A DNA stretch of 64,000 nt from Piromyces finnis finn. Lineage: Eukaryota; Fungi; Neocallimastigomycota. The DNA lies in assembly GCA_002104945.1 (NCBI GenBank), contig MCFH01000047.1, positions 372,001 through 436,000 on the forward strand. Direction: 5' to 3'. The position numbers and the translations under genes are program-made. Below the pieces are notes generated by a model, which saw only the letters and a program-made list of their open reading frames with translations, was not told the DNA's origin and did not search any database. This document shows, piece after piece, positions 37,928 to 51,352 of this stretch (positions are counted from its first letter, which is position 1; each line of letters begins with the position of its first letter).

Positions 37928-39379
37928 TTTACCTATTCAATTTATTCCAGTATTAATAAATATATTGAAAAAATTAAATATTATATTTTTTAAAAAAATA
38001 TTTAAAAAAAAAAAAATAAAAATTAAAATTTTAAAATCCAATCATTTAAATTTCTAAAATCGCTAAATTTATTATATAATTATAAATAAAAATAAATATC
38101 AATAGATTTATTGATTTCCTACATTTTGACATGTGATATTGAATTTTCACATGAACTTAACTTGCTTAAGTAGTTTTAATTAATCTATTTAAAAATCTGG
38201 TAATTAAATTAGTATAATATATATATTACAGATATTTTTTTTAATTAAAATTTATATTAAATAAAAACAAATTTTTTTATCAAATATATAGTTATTTCAA
38301 TCCAACATTTAAAATTAATGTTTAGTAATAATACATAACTACACATATTATAAATATAAATACAAATAAAACTACATTATTGAATAAATCATTTATTTAA
38401 ACTTTTTAAGTTTTTTTTAAAAAAAAAAAAAAGATAAATATTAGTAACTTTCTTTATAAAACTAAAACTTGTTGAACCTAAATACATTTTATAATAATAA
38501 TTTCACAACTAAATGAGTGATACTACACAGTTCATTTAAAATAAAATCAATTTATTAAAGAAATAAATGTAATAAACACTTCAAAAAAATATAATAGAAA
38601 TATTATTGAATTGAAATTAATGAATATACATTTGATTAAATTTAATTATTAAATATGACATAATATACTTTATTTAAACCAAAAAATAAATAGTAATTTC
38701 CTTACTTAATAATAAAATATTGAATAAAATGACTTAATAAATAAAAATAAAAATAATTTCATATTTAATACAACTATGTATTGAAATTGAAATATATTAT
38801 GCCTATATTGTTTTTTTTTAAGTTAATACATTCTTACACTATTTTATTATGTTTTTTTTTCAAATTATAAAAAAATTAAATGTTTCTAAAATGTAAATAA
38901 AATTTTGTTGACAATTTTATAATTGTTAGTATACAAATTTTTATATAATCACATGATTTTTTGGAAATATTGATTCATTTTTATTTTATTTTTATTTACT
39001 TACTTTATTCATATAGTATTTTCATTTAACATTATTAATAATAGTTATAATAGTAGTATAGTAGTATAAAATCTCTTAATATTATAATAATTATATTTTA
39101 TTTAATGTTATATATAATTTATTATTTCAACAACAGTACTATAATTTTTGAAATTAATAAATTTTTATAACTTAAATTTAATATCAATTTATAAAAGTAA
39201 ACCAAGTTATTCAATTTTTCCTTTTAACATAAATTTAAAATTAAATAGATAAAATGAATATAAAAGAATAGTAATCGTGTTTTTTTTAGAAAAATATTTT
39301 TAAAAAACAAAAAATAAAAGATATTTATATTTATACCTGTTGAATAACAAAAAAATAAAACAACTTTATTTCAATTTAA

Positions 39380-39425
39380 AATCTAACCCTAACCCTAAAT
39401 TAAAACTAATCATTGGGGTTAGATT
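39380..39425. repeat. Interstitial telomere-type repeat CTAACCCTAACCCTAA (39383-39398) inside a 13-bp inverted repeat
   Basis: AATCTAACCCTAA (39380-39392) can pair with TTGGGGTTAGATT (39413-39425) with one G-T wobble and a 20-nt loop. Confidence 0.7.
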
Positions 39426-40926
39426 ATATATAAAAATATAATAATAAATATGTTATTTTTAACAGTCTTGATAATATAAACATTTAATATCAATAATTAA
39501 CCATTTTTAATAATTCACAAAATACTATTTAAAAAAACAATTATTTATTATTGTATAATATTTTTTTATTAATTAGATAATATTAGAGAAATATATAATA
39601 TATAACTTGAAAAGTAAACTATATAAATTTATTATAAATGTTAAATAATAGCTAAGCAATCTATGCAAACTTTATTTAATCTTTTTTAGTTACTATTATT
39701 AATGATAAAAAGAATGAAAACCGAAAATGTATAATTAAAGAAAATTTTATTGTACTACATTTTTTTATTTATAAAATTGTAAAAAGAATTTTTATTTAAA
39801 TCTAAAATAAAACATAAATAAATACGAAAATTATCAATTATTTTAATATTTCAACTAACTTATAATATTTTATTAAAATTCTTTTTTGTTTTTTTTTTTT
39901 TTTTTTTAAAAAAATCCTTTAATTAAATATATTTAATAATGTAACAATTGTAATATGTTAAGTGTGACAGATATTATATTACTATTTTTTTTTTTTAATT
40001 ATTTTTAGTTATTGAATATTAAAAATGGCAAAAAAAAAAAAGGAACCATATACATTGCATGTACTACTTATGTAATTAATGCAATAATCGCAAAGTTTTT
40101 TTTTTAATTTTAATTTAAATATTAATAATATTTATAATAAAACTTTTAAAATTTTATAGTTATGATAGTGTATTAATTGAAAGTGTGACATTTTCTTTTT
40201 TTATTATTTTATTTTTTATTTTAATTGTATTAGTTTTGTTAGTTAGTTATTTAATATATAATTAAAATATAAAATATTAGTAATTTAGTGTGAATTATTT
40301 ATTATTTATTATCATCTGTTATTTATTATTATTATTATTTATATTTTTTTTTAATTTTATTTTTTTACTCTTATTATTCTATAGAAAGTTTAAAGATTTT
40401 TTTTTTTTAATATTTGAAATGAGTTTTTAATTAAATTGTTTTAATTAATTTTTATTTTAAAAAAAAAAATTAATTAAAATATATGAAGTTAAAAATATAT
40501 TTTAAAATTTTTTTAAATTAAATTATAAATATTTTAGAAAAGTAAAAAAAAAAAATAATATTAAATACGACATGAAGATGAATTATTAAATAAGCAGAAT
40601 AAAAACTATTAATAATATAAGGAATAAAAGTATTAAAATAAATATAAAATTATTAAAATTTAATTAATATTATCATATTATAAATGCATTTTATATTTAA
40701 TTATTTATTTATTTTATTTTTTTTTTTATATTTTCGTTATTTAAATTTTTATTTTAAATTTTTATTATCTTTTTTTTTTGTAAAAAAAGTTAACTTATAA
40801 TAATATTATAAAAATTAAATTTAAAGAAATATAAAAAATATAATATGTTATTATACATAATAACATATTTTTGAGAATATAATATTATATCATATATATA
40901 TTTTTGATAATAATCTAATAATCAAT

Positions 40927-43383
40927 ATGAATTTTACCTCTTTTTATTTATCAAAACAATATTCAGATGTCACGCTTTCATTTACTCCTTTACCAAGTAC
41001 ATCATCGACACCTAAAGTTATTAAATGCCATAAAATTTTATTAGCTGGTTATTCTGGTTTTTTTGATGATCTTTTTTCAGGAAAAATATCAATGAATAAA
41101 GGTGAATATGCTGACTATATATTACCATTCCCCGATCCAGGAAGAGCATTTGAAGTAATTTTTATATATTTATATATAAATATGTTTTTTTTATTTTTTT
41201 TTATTTTTAATTGATTAATTAATATATATGAAATATGAAGATTGCAATGTGTATAAATATTTCAATTTGTTTAACATTATATTTATATATCTTCAACATT
41301 AGGAATTATTACAATTTATATATTCTCAAAATATAAATATTACTTTGCAGAATTTCCTTTCTTTTATTGAACTTGCTGAATTTTTACGAATGCCTGAACT
41401 TTTAGTTAAATTAAGAAAATTTGTTAGTACAACAATTATTCCAGAAATAATTACACCAAGTCAAATAAAAGGTATTTTACATCAAGCATTTGAATATGCA
41501 CTTTCTAATGAATGGATAGAAAAATTATTAAGTTCTGCATGTTTAATTTTAAAAGAAAATTTAATGGATATTGATTTAAACATTGTTCAAATAAATCAGG
41601 AAAAGGGATTAGAAAAGAAACATTTTACTTTTAATTCTATTAGAGATAGTATTTTAATTAAAATACCATTTCCTAATTTTCACTTTCTTTTAACTAAGTT
41701 ATTAAATGAAAAAAATATTGACGTATCAATTAATAGTTTATATAAATTTATTCAAAGATATGTTATTTTACATACAGAAGGTATTAAATATATGTCATCA
41801 TACATGTATCCCGATGCTGAGGTTAATTCAAAATTAGAAATTAACCAAGAACAAATTGGAATCTTATTTAAATATATTCGTTTTTCACAACTTTCAATTA
41901 AAGAATTGGAAGAAGCAATATCTGATTCTATTGTTCCAAGACATATTATTATTGAAGGCATGATGGATAGATTAAGAATATTAGATAATATTTCTAGTAA
42001 CAATTCAACTATTAATATGAATGAAAATTATTCAGATAATGATAAATATCGAACTGGGAAAAATAATTCAAATTCTAAATCAACTACAGATATTATTAAT
42101 AGTTATTTAGTAAAGGATGATGATAATGAAAGTTATAAGAGTATACCAAAAGAAGAAGTTTTTGATTCTGAATCAAATAAAAATTATGTTATGAATACCA
42201 TATCATACTCTAATAATGGAAGTATAAAAAGTCCAAGTGTCTTAATGAAAAATGGTATACAAATTATTAATGATATATATTAATAAAGATATATAATAAT
42301 TTAACTATTATAATTTTAAAATTATATTAATATATTATTTTTTTTTTCATTTTTTTACATACAATTTTTAAAGATTTTAAAGATAGTGCTATATCTTTAG
42401 ATGATAATATACCACCATCACCAAGATATATTGTATCAAATAATTCAAATGTGTATATGAATTCTCCAGTATTTAATCCACCACCACCACCAGAAAATTC
42501 ACCACCAAAAATTCTTAAAACTTCTAATAAATTTAAAACACGAGATAATAGTATAATATATCAAGGTATATTATTAAATATTTAAATAATTTACTATTAG
42601 TGTGAAATATTTTAAATATAATAATATTTTCAATTATATATATATTTTATTTATTTTATATAATTACTAATCAATCAATTCGTTTATCTATTCTTATTCT
42701 TATTTTTAGATAATGAAAATAAGTCAATCTTAAAGAATAAGAGAAATACATCAAATATGGAAAATTTCCCAATTTATGTTAATATTAAAAAAGCAAATAG
42801 CGAAAAAGAAATTATGGATAATGGAATTAATGATGAAGAAACTTTAGAAGAGTATAGTGAAGAAGCAAGCTTTATGGATTCACAATCTATCCCATTCCAA
42901 CCAATTGATGTAACAAATACAAATACAAATACAAGTAATAACAACAATAACAACAACAATAATAACAACAATAATAACGATATGAAAATTCCAGCATTTC
43001 CAAAATCTATTATGAATCATAATAATAATTCAAATTATTCAATAAATAGCATTAATCAAGTATCATCTCCTCGTGATAGTTTTGTATCTGTTATAAAGCC
43101 ATTTAATGAAAATAAAAGAACAGAGTCACCAAGACCTCATGTAAGATTTAAAGATGTAAGAGATACTTCAATGGATTCATCCATATTAGGTCCTGATGAA
43201 TATGATAAAAAATATGATGAATTTAGAAAAAATATTAAAAATCCAGAAGAAAATAATGGATTTAAAGTACTTAATGTAAGACCTGGTAATGAGTTTCCAG
43301 AAATGTTTAATTCACCGAAACAAAGTTTTACATCAGGTATAACCAAAAAAAGAAGGGATTCTTTTTTTAAAAAAATGTTTTGA
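40927..43383 (+). CDS. BTB/POZ-domain protein with low-complexity C-terminus; 4 exons (about 40927-41155, 41303-42255, 42374-42565, 42710-43383)
   Basis: YSDVTL...IKCHKILLAGYSGFFDDLF...PDPGRAFE/ELLQFIYS...ITLQNFLSFIELAEFLRMPELL is a canonical BTB. A BACK-like segment (LFKYIRFSQLSIKEL) follows. Confidence 0.85.
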
Positions 43384-43780
43384 GATATATTAATTAAAGA
43401 TAAAAAAAAAAGCTTAAACAACTAATCATTAAAAAAATAAGTTGATAAAAAAATTAATTAAATTAATTATATATATATATATATATATACATACATATAT
43501 GCACAGTTTTGAAAATATATATGTATATTTAAAATTTTCTTATTCTATTTTAGTTATATAAAAAAATAGTTTAAATTATAATTTTGACATATAATAATAA
43601 TGTTATTTAAAATTTGAATAATTTTTATTTATTGTTTATTTATCTCATGTATATTTTATTATTATATTATTTGATAGTATAAATAATATAGAAAAATAAA
43701 TTTTTTAATAATATTTTTTATCATATATATTATTATTAAATAAAATTTTGGTTATTTAAAACGATAATTATATATGTGTT

Positions 43781-46700
43781 TTACAGTATACTAATAGGAA
43801 TAATTTGATATACACCATTTATAAAATCTATTCTTATTTTTAGGTCTAGTTCCTTTAATGAATTGTACGTTTCAATTGAAATATCTTTTTTTAATTTAAC
43901 TGTTATTAATTTAGTTTCATAAGCCCTTAGTTGTATTATTATATTATTGTTCACTATTATATTCCTTTTTTGATCATAGTAAGAATTTGTTGAATTGTTT
44001 ATTATATCATCAACAAATATATTATTTGTATATCCTAATATAATATTATCATTTGAAGGCATCATTTTAAATATATAAACCTGAAAAGAATAGATTATAT
44101 TAGAAAAATTAATATTACAGAAAAGTAGTAATAATTAATTAAAAAGATAATTTTAAATATAATAAACATACATTTTCAGACGGATTGATTATATTGAATG
44201 TTTTCATTTCATCTTTGTTACTATATTTTAAATTAATATGATAATAATCAAGATTGTTTTCAAATTTAAGTCTTGGTACGGTAATTATTCCAAATAAATG
44301 TAATTTTGTTATTGATACATCATTTATTATATCCCTTATATCATCATGATTAAATTGTTCTTTTTCATTAATTTTTGAATCATTCTCATATGTTAGTCTT
44401 GAATATAATAATCCATCATAAATACCTTCTGCTGTATTTTTCATACTAACTTTAAATGTCATTTTCTCATTTGATTTAATAGTAGCAATTTTTGGTTTTA
44501 TATCAAAAATGTCATATGTGTTATTTTGATATTTTTTTAAGAAAGCATTCATCATTTCTGCTTCTTTTTTCTTAATAATATCAATTTCAGATTCTATTTC
44601 TTTTTTATTTTCGTCTTCATTTTCTTTTAATTTAAATGAATTTGTTCCAGTAAAATCCAATGTTAAAATACTAATGTTTCTTGAAGATATGGAATCAATT
44701 TCTTCACTATTATTATAATTGTTACTTTTGTTAATTTCATTCGATTTCAAAGTTATTGAATTTACTATTTCTTCAGAATTATTACTAATATTATTGCTAC
44801 TACTACTACTACTATTACTATAATTATTATTATTATTATTATTATTTTCAGTAAATGATGTTTGATTACAATCATATAAACTATTAACACTTTCTATTAG
44901 TAAATTATCATTATTACATAATAGATTGCTATTACTATTTTTGTCACCTTCAAGTATTTGTTTAACTTCTAAAACTTCGGAAGATATGGTTGTTACCTTT
45001 TGCAATAACTCTAACGACATATTTATTAATTCATTATTTTTATTTATAATTGATTTAAACTCTTTAGATTCATTAATATTTGTTTTACTTATTAAAAATT
45101 CCCAAGATAATGTAATATTTTTAGGTGATTCATTTAAAATACATATTGTTTTTGTTACTTTATTATTATTGTTAGAAATATTTAAATAATCATCTTTATT
45201 AAAATCAACATTTGAAGATGATATCAAACGAGTAGAGAAAAATAGTTCTTTTATATCAGAATCATTTTCTCTTGGAGATAATAAATTAATATAAGTGAGT
45301 GGAACACCTTTAACTTCCATTGTTACAGGAATAGTTTTTTCAATACCATTACTTACTTTTATTGTTAACATATCATTATATATACCAGAAATATTATTAT
45401 AGGCTGTTACTTCAATGGTGACTACATCATATGGTTTTAATATTCCCGTTCTTGGAGCAATCTTAAATCCGACATCATATTTATCAAAAATAATTTTATT
45501 AATATTTTTAATATTTTCTTTCTTTGATATTTTTTCTTTAATATATCGTTGACCATTTTCTGAATAAAAGTACATTTTTTTATCATTTTTAGGTTTAAGA
45601 ATTAAACCTTTTGAGTTTGATTTATTGTCATTATCATCAATTGCTTCATAATTTATATTATATTTATCAAGTGAAATTTCAAATTTTGATTCCACTTGGA
45701 ATGTATTAATGATTCGTATATATTTTGTGTAAGATGTAAACAGTTTACAATTGTTTCCATAGTTTAAACAATTATTTTGATCGATAATCTTATTTTCGAA
45801 ATCTTCAATACTATTATATATTTCAATATTAACATCTAATCCTTTAATATCTAAATTAAAGTTTAAACTTAATTTTCCGTTATTTTCTACCATTCCATCG
45901 ATTATCGCATTAATAACAATATCATCAAAATTTCCAATATTTCTTCCTTTAACATACATTTTAATATTAATTTCGTCATCACCTTTTATTACTCCTTCAT
46001 CTTTTTCGAATTTAATATCAATGTTATTATTATTTACAGGTAATATTTTATAATGAGTTGGCAATAAAGTAATGTTTTTTAAAGTCACAAATAATTCTTT
46101 TTCAATATTTAGATAACATGTACAATTTTCTCTTCTATTATTATTTAAAAGTAATACTTTAGGTGTTAATACATTAGCTTGTAATCTTATACTATGAGAA
46201 AGAAATTTTTGTGGTGAAAGGACAAATTCATTATTTTGAATTACATCTTCTGAATATGCGTATTTTTCATTAATTAATTCACAAACAATTTCTCCTCTGA
46301 ATAGTTGATACCATAATGGAATAAATACTATATCAATTTTTATACTTTTCTTTGATTCTAATAAACCATTTTTTGGTTCAAATAATGCTAAATAATCACA
46401 TTTTTCTTTATTTTTGGTATACAAGTTTATTTTCCAGTTAATACGACTATTAGAATTATTAGTAAAGAATAAACATTCTTTTGCACATGAACCTAATTGA
46501 ATTATACCAAAATCAATAATTTTCTTATCAAATATAAATGATCCTAATTTATAATTTATCTCACCGTTAATATTTACAATTACTTTGTTTGATTTATAAT
46601 TATTAAAATAAATCATTATATTCCCTTTAAATTTTCCAGGAAAACTACCTTTTATTGATAAATATAATTTTACACTAGAACCCGCTTCAATAATACCATT

Positions 46701-49472
46701 AGAATTACTTAATTTCATTGAAACAATTTCTATAGATTCATTGTTTAGTGTTGATGTATAAGAAATTGCCGCTTTACCAGAATTGTAAATGCTTACTTCC
46801 TTTACATAATTTTCATCAACACTAAGTGTTCTTGGAATATTTATTATTGGAGGAATAACCTCAGTTTTGACAGGTTCTGCTTTTCCTTTACACCTTATAC
46901 AAATAATCTCATTATCATTAAGATTATCTTCAATTAAATTTAAATGCTTATTATATAATAGTTGTGCGATAATGTCATAGTGTTTATAATTTTTTGGTTT
47001 AAATTTAAACTTAAATTCTATTATTTCTTGAGGTTTAAATATTACTTCTTGTGGGAATATTTTTAAGACTTTCTTACCAATATTATAATTTTGTGTATTA
47101 ACTTTATTATCCTTTTTACTTTTTTCCTCAATTAAATTTTTAGTTTTTATATTATTATTTAATATATCACTATATTCATCATATATATTATTTTTAGTTG
47201 GTAAATTGTTAACATTCATTGAATTGATTGGTGTATCTATAATATTCCATATTACAGGTAACATTACATCTGTCATATTTTTTAATTTAACTATTTTTAT
47301 TATTTCGGAATTAATATTACATGTATCAAAGTCCATAACATTAGAATATATAATTTCTTTATTTGTATTTATATCAAGATAAGATTTTTTTTCTATTAAT
47401 TCATCATTACTTTCAATTGCTATACATGGTTCTTGTACTATTCCTTTTATAGTAATTTCTTGTTTTTCGCAATTATCCCAAGCCAAGCATATTCTAAGAT
47501 CTTCTATATAACTTAAAGCTTTATTATTCTTTTTAAAGTCTAATTTATATTTCGGCTTATAATATACTTTTAAATGGATTTTTTCATTTTCTTTTATTTC
47601 GCAATATCCTGGTACAATTTTAAAGGATCCTTTTTTATATATATAATTTTTGTAGTTGTTATTTAATTTGATATCATGAAAAGTTTCACATGATCTAGAA
47701 TCATCCCAATCAATTATTATAAATTTTCCTTTACCACCAGAATTTTTAATTATAATATCTGTTGTTGATGCTGAATTTACAATACAAGGATTACAATTTA
47801 AAACAGGTGGTATATCTATAATTGGTTCTTTAATTTTTGCTAATACATTTATTAGTAATTTATCACCAAAGGAAGATGAAACATTGACAGTTGCATAATG
47901 TGCTTTTAATGATAAAGGATTAAATACTATTTTAAAATGTGCACTTAAACCTGGTGAAATCAATCCGTTTTCACCAGGAGAATATATTTTATAAATTCTA
48001 AAAAATTTTTCGTTTTCTTCTGATTCAAATGTTACTTGAATTCTTTGAGTCTCATATGTTACATTTTTTATTATAATAATTGCTGAGTATGATTTATAAG
48101 GCTCGAAATTATCAAAGCATATTTTTGATGGATATGCAACTAAGCCTATTTTATTATATGTACTTTTATATGTTGATAATGTAGTTGACAATGTATTTGA
48201 TAATGTCATTTTATTCGAGTATTTACTTTCACTTTTAAGAAGGCTTTTATTTTTATTAATATATTTTTTCGAAATTGAATTATTTTTTCCTTTACTTTTG
48301 ATGTAATTAATTTTTTCTTCAAAATTATTATTAACAATTTGTTCAACTTCATATATATTATGGAAACTATCTTCATTATAATCGTTATCAGCATTAGGTT
48401 TTAAACTATTACTAAATTTTGAAATATTTGAATTTATCATATCATTTATTTGGTTATTTGACCAACATATTAGATTATTTCTTTTTAAAATATTATTATC
48501 AAATTCAGGAACTATATATTCAGTTGGCCATGATAAATTTTGATAAATCGGACCATAATAATTTATTATATTGATTGTATTTTTGATATTTAAAGTCTTT
48601 AAAGAATCCCATGAAGAATTAATAAAATCTTTAGTATTTATTATGTCTTTTAATTTATTTTCAGATGTAGTAGTAATGTCATTTATTTTATCTTCGTATT
48701 CCTTTTCTATTGTATTAATATCAATATTTGATGAAACATTAAAATAAGTAAAACAATTATCTTGATTTGAAGGTGATTTCATATATTTGAATATGCTATA
48801 ATTTGAAGTATTTTTATTTTTATTTTTTTCTTTAAGTTTATTGTTTAATAAGTCATTAACACAATTTTTATTTATATCTTGAGAATTATATAATGAAGAT
48901 GTGTTAGAGGAATCTATTACTTTACTATTTCCTTTTTTCACCCAAATGCTTGATTTAAAATTATTCTGAAGCTTATTTAAATTTTGTTCTAATTTATCTA
49001 ATTCGTTTTTTATATCCCATTCTTTGTAAAGAATCGTAGAATTATTAAAGTCCAAATGATCAAAATTCTTATTATAATAGTGAGAATAAATCGAATAATC
49101 TATTAACTCCTGTATTATCTCATCGATAAATTTATAAATCTTTTTTTTTTCCCAAAATTTTAAGATTTTATCTTTTTTAATGTTATCTAAGTCATCATAC
49201 ATATCTATATTTTTACTTTTATTAATTGGTGAATAATCTTCATTAATTGAGCCATAATATTTACTTAATTTATTGTTATATTCATCATTTATCTTTTTAA
49301 CATAATCTTTTGTTCTATTACTTATAAAAATATCTAACTGTTCCTTTTCTTTTTTTTTTTTTAGCTTTAATTCTTTCTTTTTTATATTTTTTCTTTCAAG
49401 TTCTATGTCTTCTAAATTATTAGGTATTTCAACTAATTTTATATTTCCATCATTTTGTATAATACTTTCCAT
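43781..49472 (-). CDS. DLEC1: DLEC1/CFAP81-like flagellar protein with multiple ASH/PapD-like (MSP) domains; giant first exon 49472-44172, second exon from 44080
   Basis: 1777-aa ORF containing YPSKICFDNFEPYKSY...KNVTYETQRIQV...GENGLISPGLSAHFKIVFNP...EPIIDIPPVLNCNPCIV...IIKNSGGKGKF, plus repeated FG-type ASH modules and VEIT(V)AYNNISGIYNDML. GTATGT donor at 44171 and TTTCAG acceptor at 44081. Confidence 0.75.
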
Positions 49473-49872
49473 TTTTTTTATTTTTATATATAAAAAATAT
49501 ATATAAATATATATAAAGTAAATGTAAAAAGTATTTAATAAAATTTTTATTATATTAGTTTATTATTTTTTAAAAAGTTCATTATTTTATTATATTAAAT
49601 AATGATAAATTATAATTTATAATTTAAAAAAAAAAAAAAATTTTTTTATAAAGTTATTTTATTTTGTAAATGATATAATATAGAATTATATATAAGGAAT
49701 TTTATACATATTTATATATAAGATTTTATACATATTTATATATAAGATTTATACATGTATTTTAATATTTTACATTATGAAGAATGAAATAAAAAACTCC
49801 GATTATAAAAAACTTTAATAGATTTTATTTTGTATGTAACGTTTCACAAACAATAGTTATTATTTTAGTTTA

Positions 49873-51271
49873 TCAAATTTTTGGTAATTTATTCTCCTTA
49901 TTTTCATAATTGATATTTAGAGCTTTTATATAATTTATTATACTATCATTATTATTTTTAATTTCAGGAAGAATAATATATGGATTTTTATTATTCAATT
50001 TATTTGGTTTAAATGATGTATTATTATATATTAGGGTTTCTATGAAAGAATCTTTTCTAATATTAATATCATTTTTAATGGAATTATCATTATCATAACC
50101 ATTATTTTCAGTCCATATTTTTGTATTTTCTTCCGTGTCTTCTTTATTCAAAAATAGTTTTTTTTTTCTTTCACTAATAATATCCTAATGTATTATTCAT
50201 AATTAAAATTCAATATTAATAATGTTTAATGTATTATATATGCTAATAAGTATTATTTACTATACATTATAAAAAAAACTTGTGTTTTTAGTATTTTGTT
50301 TTACACGATTATATCCTTTTTCATTAAATACATTTATTAAATCATTTTTTGAGTTTATTCCAAAGTAACCTAAAACAATCCGTGATATTTTTCTATAGAT
50401 TATTTTTATAATAATATTTTATTATTAATTTTTTCTTCTTTTTTTTTTTGAATGTTATAATTTATTATTAATATATTTAATATGTTTACATACGTTATAT
50501 ACGGATTTTCGTCATTAAGTAAAGATAGAATAGATAGTATAATGTCATCATTAATAATATTGTATAAAGGTAATGTAGCCAACACAAAAAATCTTATCTA
50601 AATCAATTGAAAAATATAAATTATTTATAATATTAAATAAAATGTCAAGGGTTAACCCTAAATATATCATTATTTTTTAATATTTACCTGCCAGTATGGA
50701 CTGACAATAAAATCTAATAGTTTATCAATAATAAAATTGTCTACATCCACAATATCAAATTCAAAAGATTTATAAATGTGAGGTAGTAATTTAATAATTT
50801 CACATTTTTCATAGATTGGCACTTCAAAATTATATAATATATCGAAAAAAGAACAAAATATCTGTTTAATAGATAATGAATTTATAGTATTGAAGAGATT
50901 TTTCGAGTCATTTGACTCATTTTGAACTGAATTATTAGATGAAGTCATTTCATTATTAGTAATGTTATTGTTATAATTATTACTATATATTTTTAGTTCC
51001 GTTTCATTATTATAGTTTTTATTAAAATAATCATTATTTCCTGGTATTTTTGAGTAACAACCATTAGCTGTATAGTAATTAGTAGTATTATTCGATAAGT
51101 TTTTATTATTATTAATAGTATTATCGAAATCATCATGCTTTATATGATTCCATACACTTTGATTATTATTATCATGGATTTTTTCATTATTACTATTACT
51201 ATTACTATTACTATTACTATTACTATTACTATTACTATTACTATTATTACTATTATTATTATTACTATTAC

Positions 51272-51352
<81 letters not shown>

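Noticed and set aside
37960-37980. TGAAAAAATT near the RPA49 start resembling the RRPE motif
   Set aside because: An A/T-only motif is expected by chance at this composition, and no PAC element accompanies it.
50648-50659. Palindrome AGGGTTAACCCT (telomere-like half repeats head to head)
   Set aside because: Lies in a short intron of the WD40/HEAT gene; a single 12-bp palindrome with no supporting structure.
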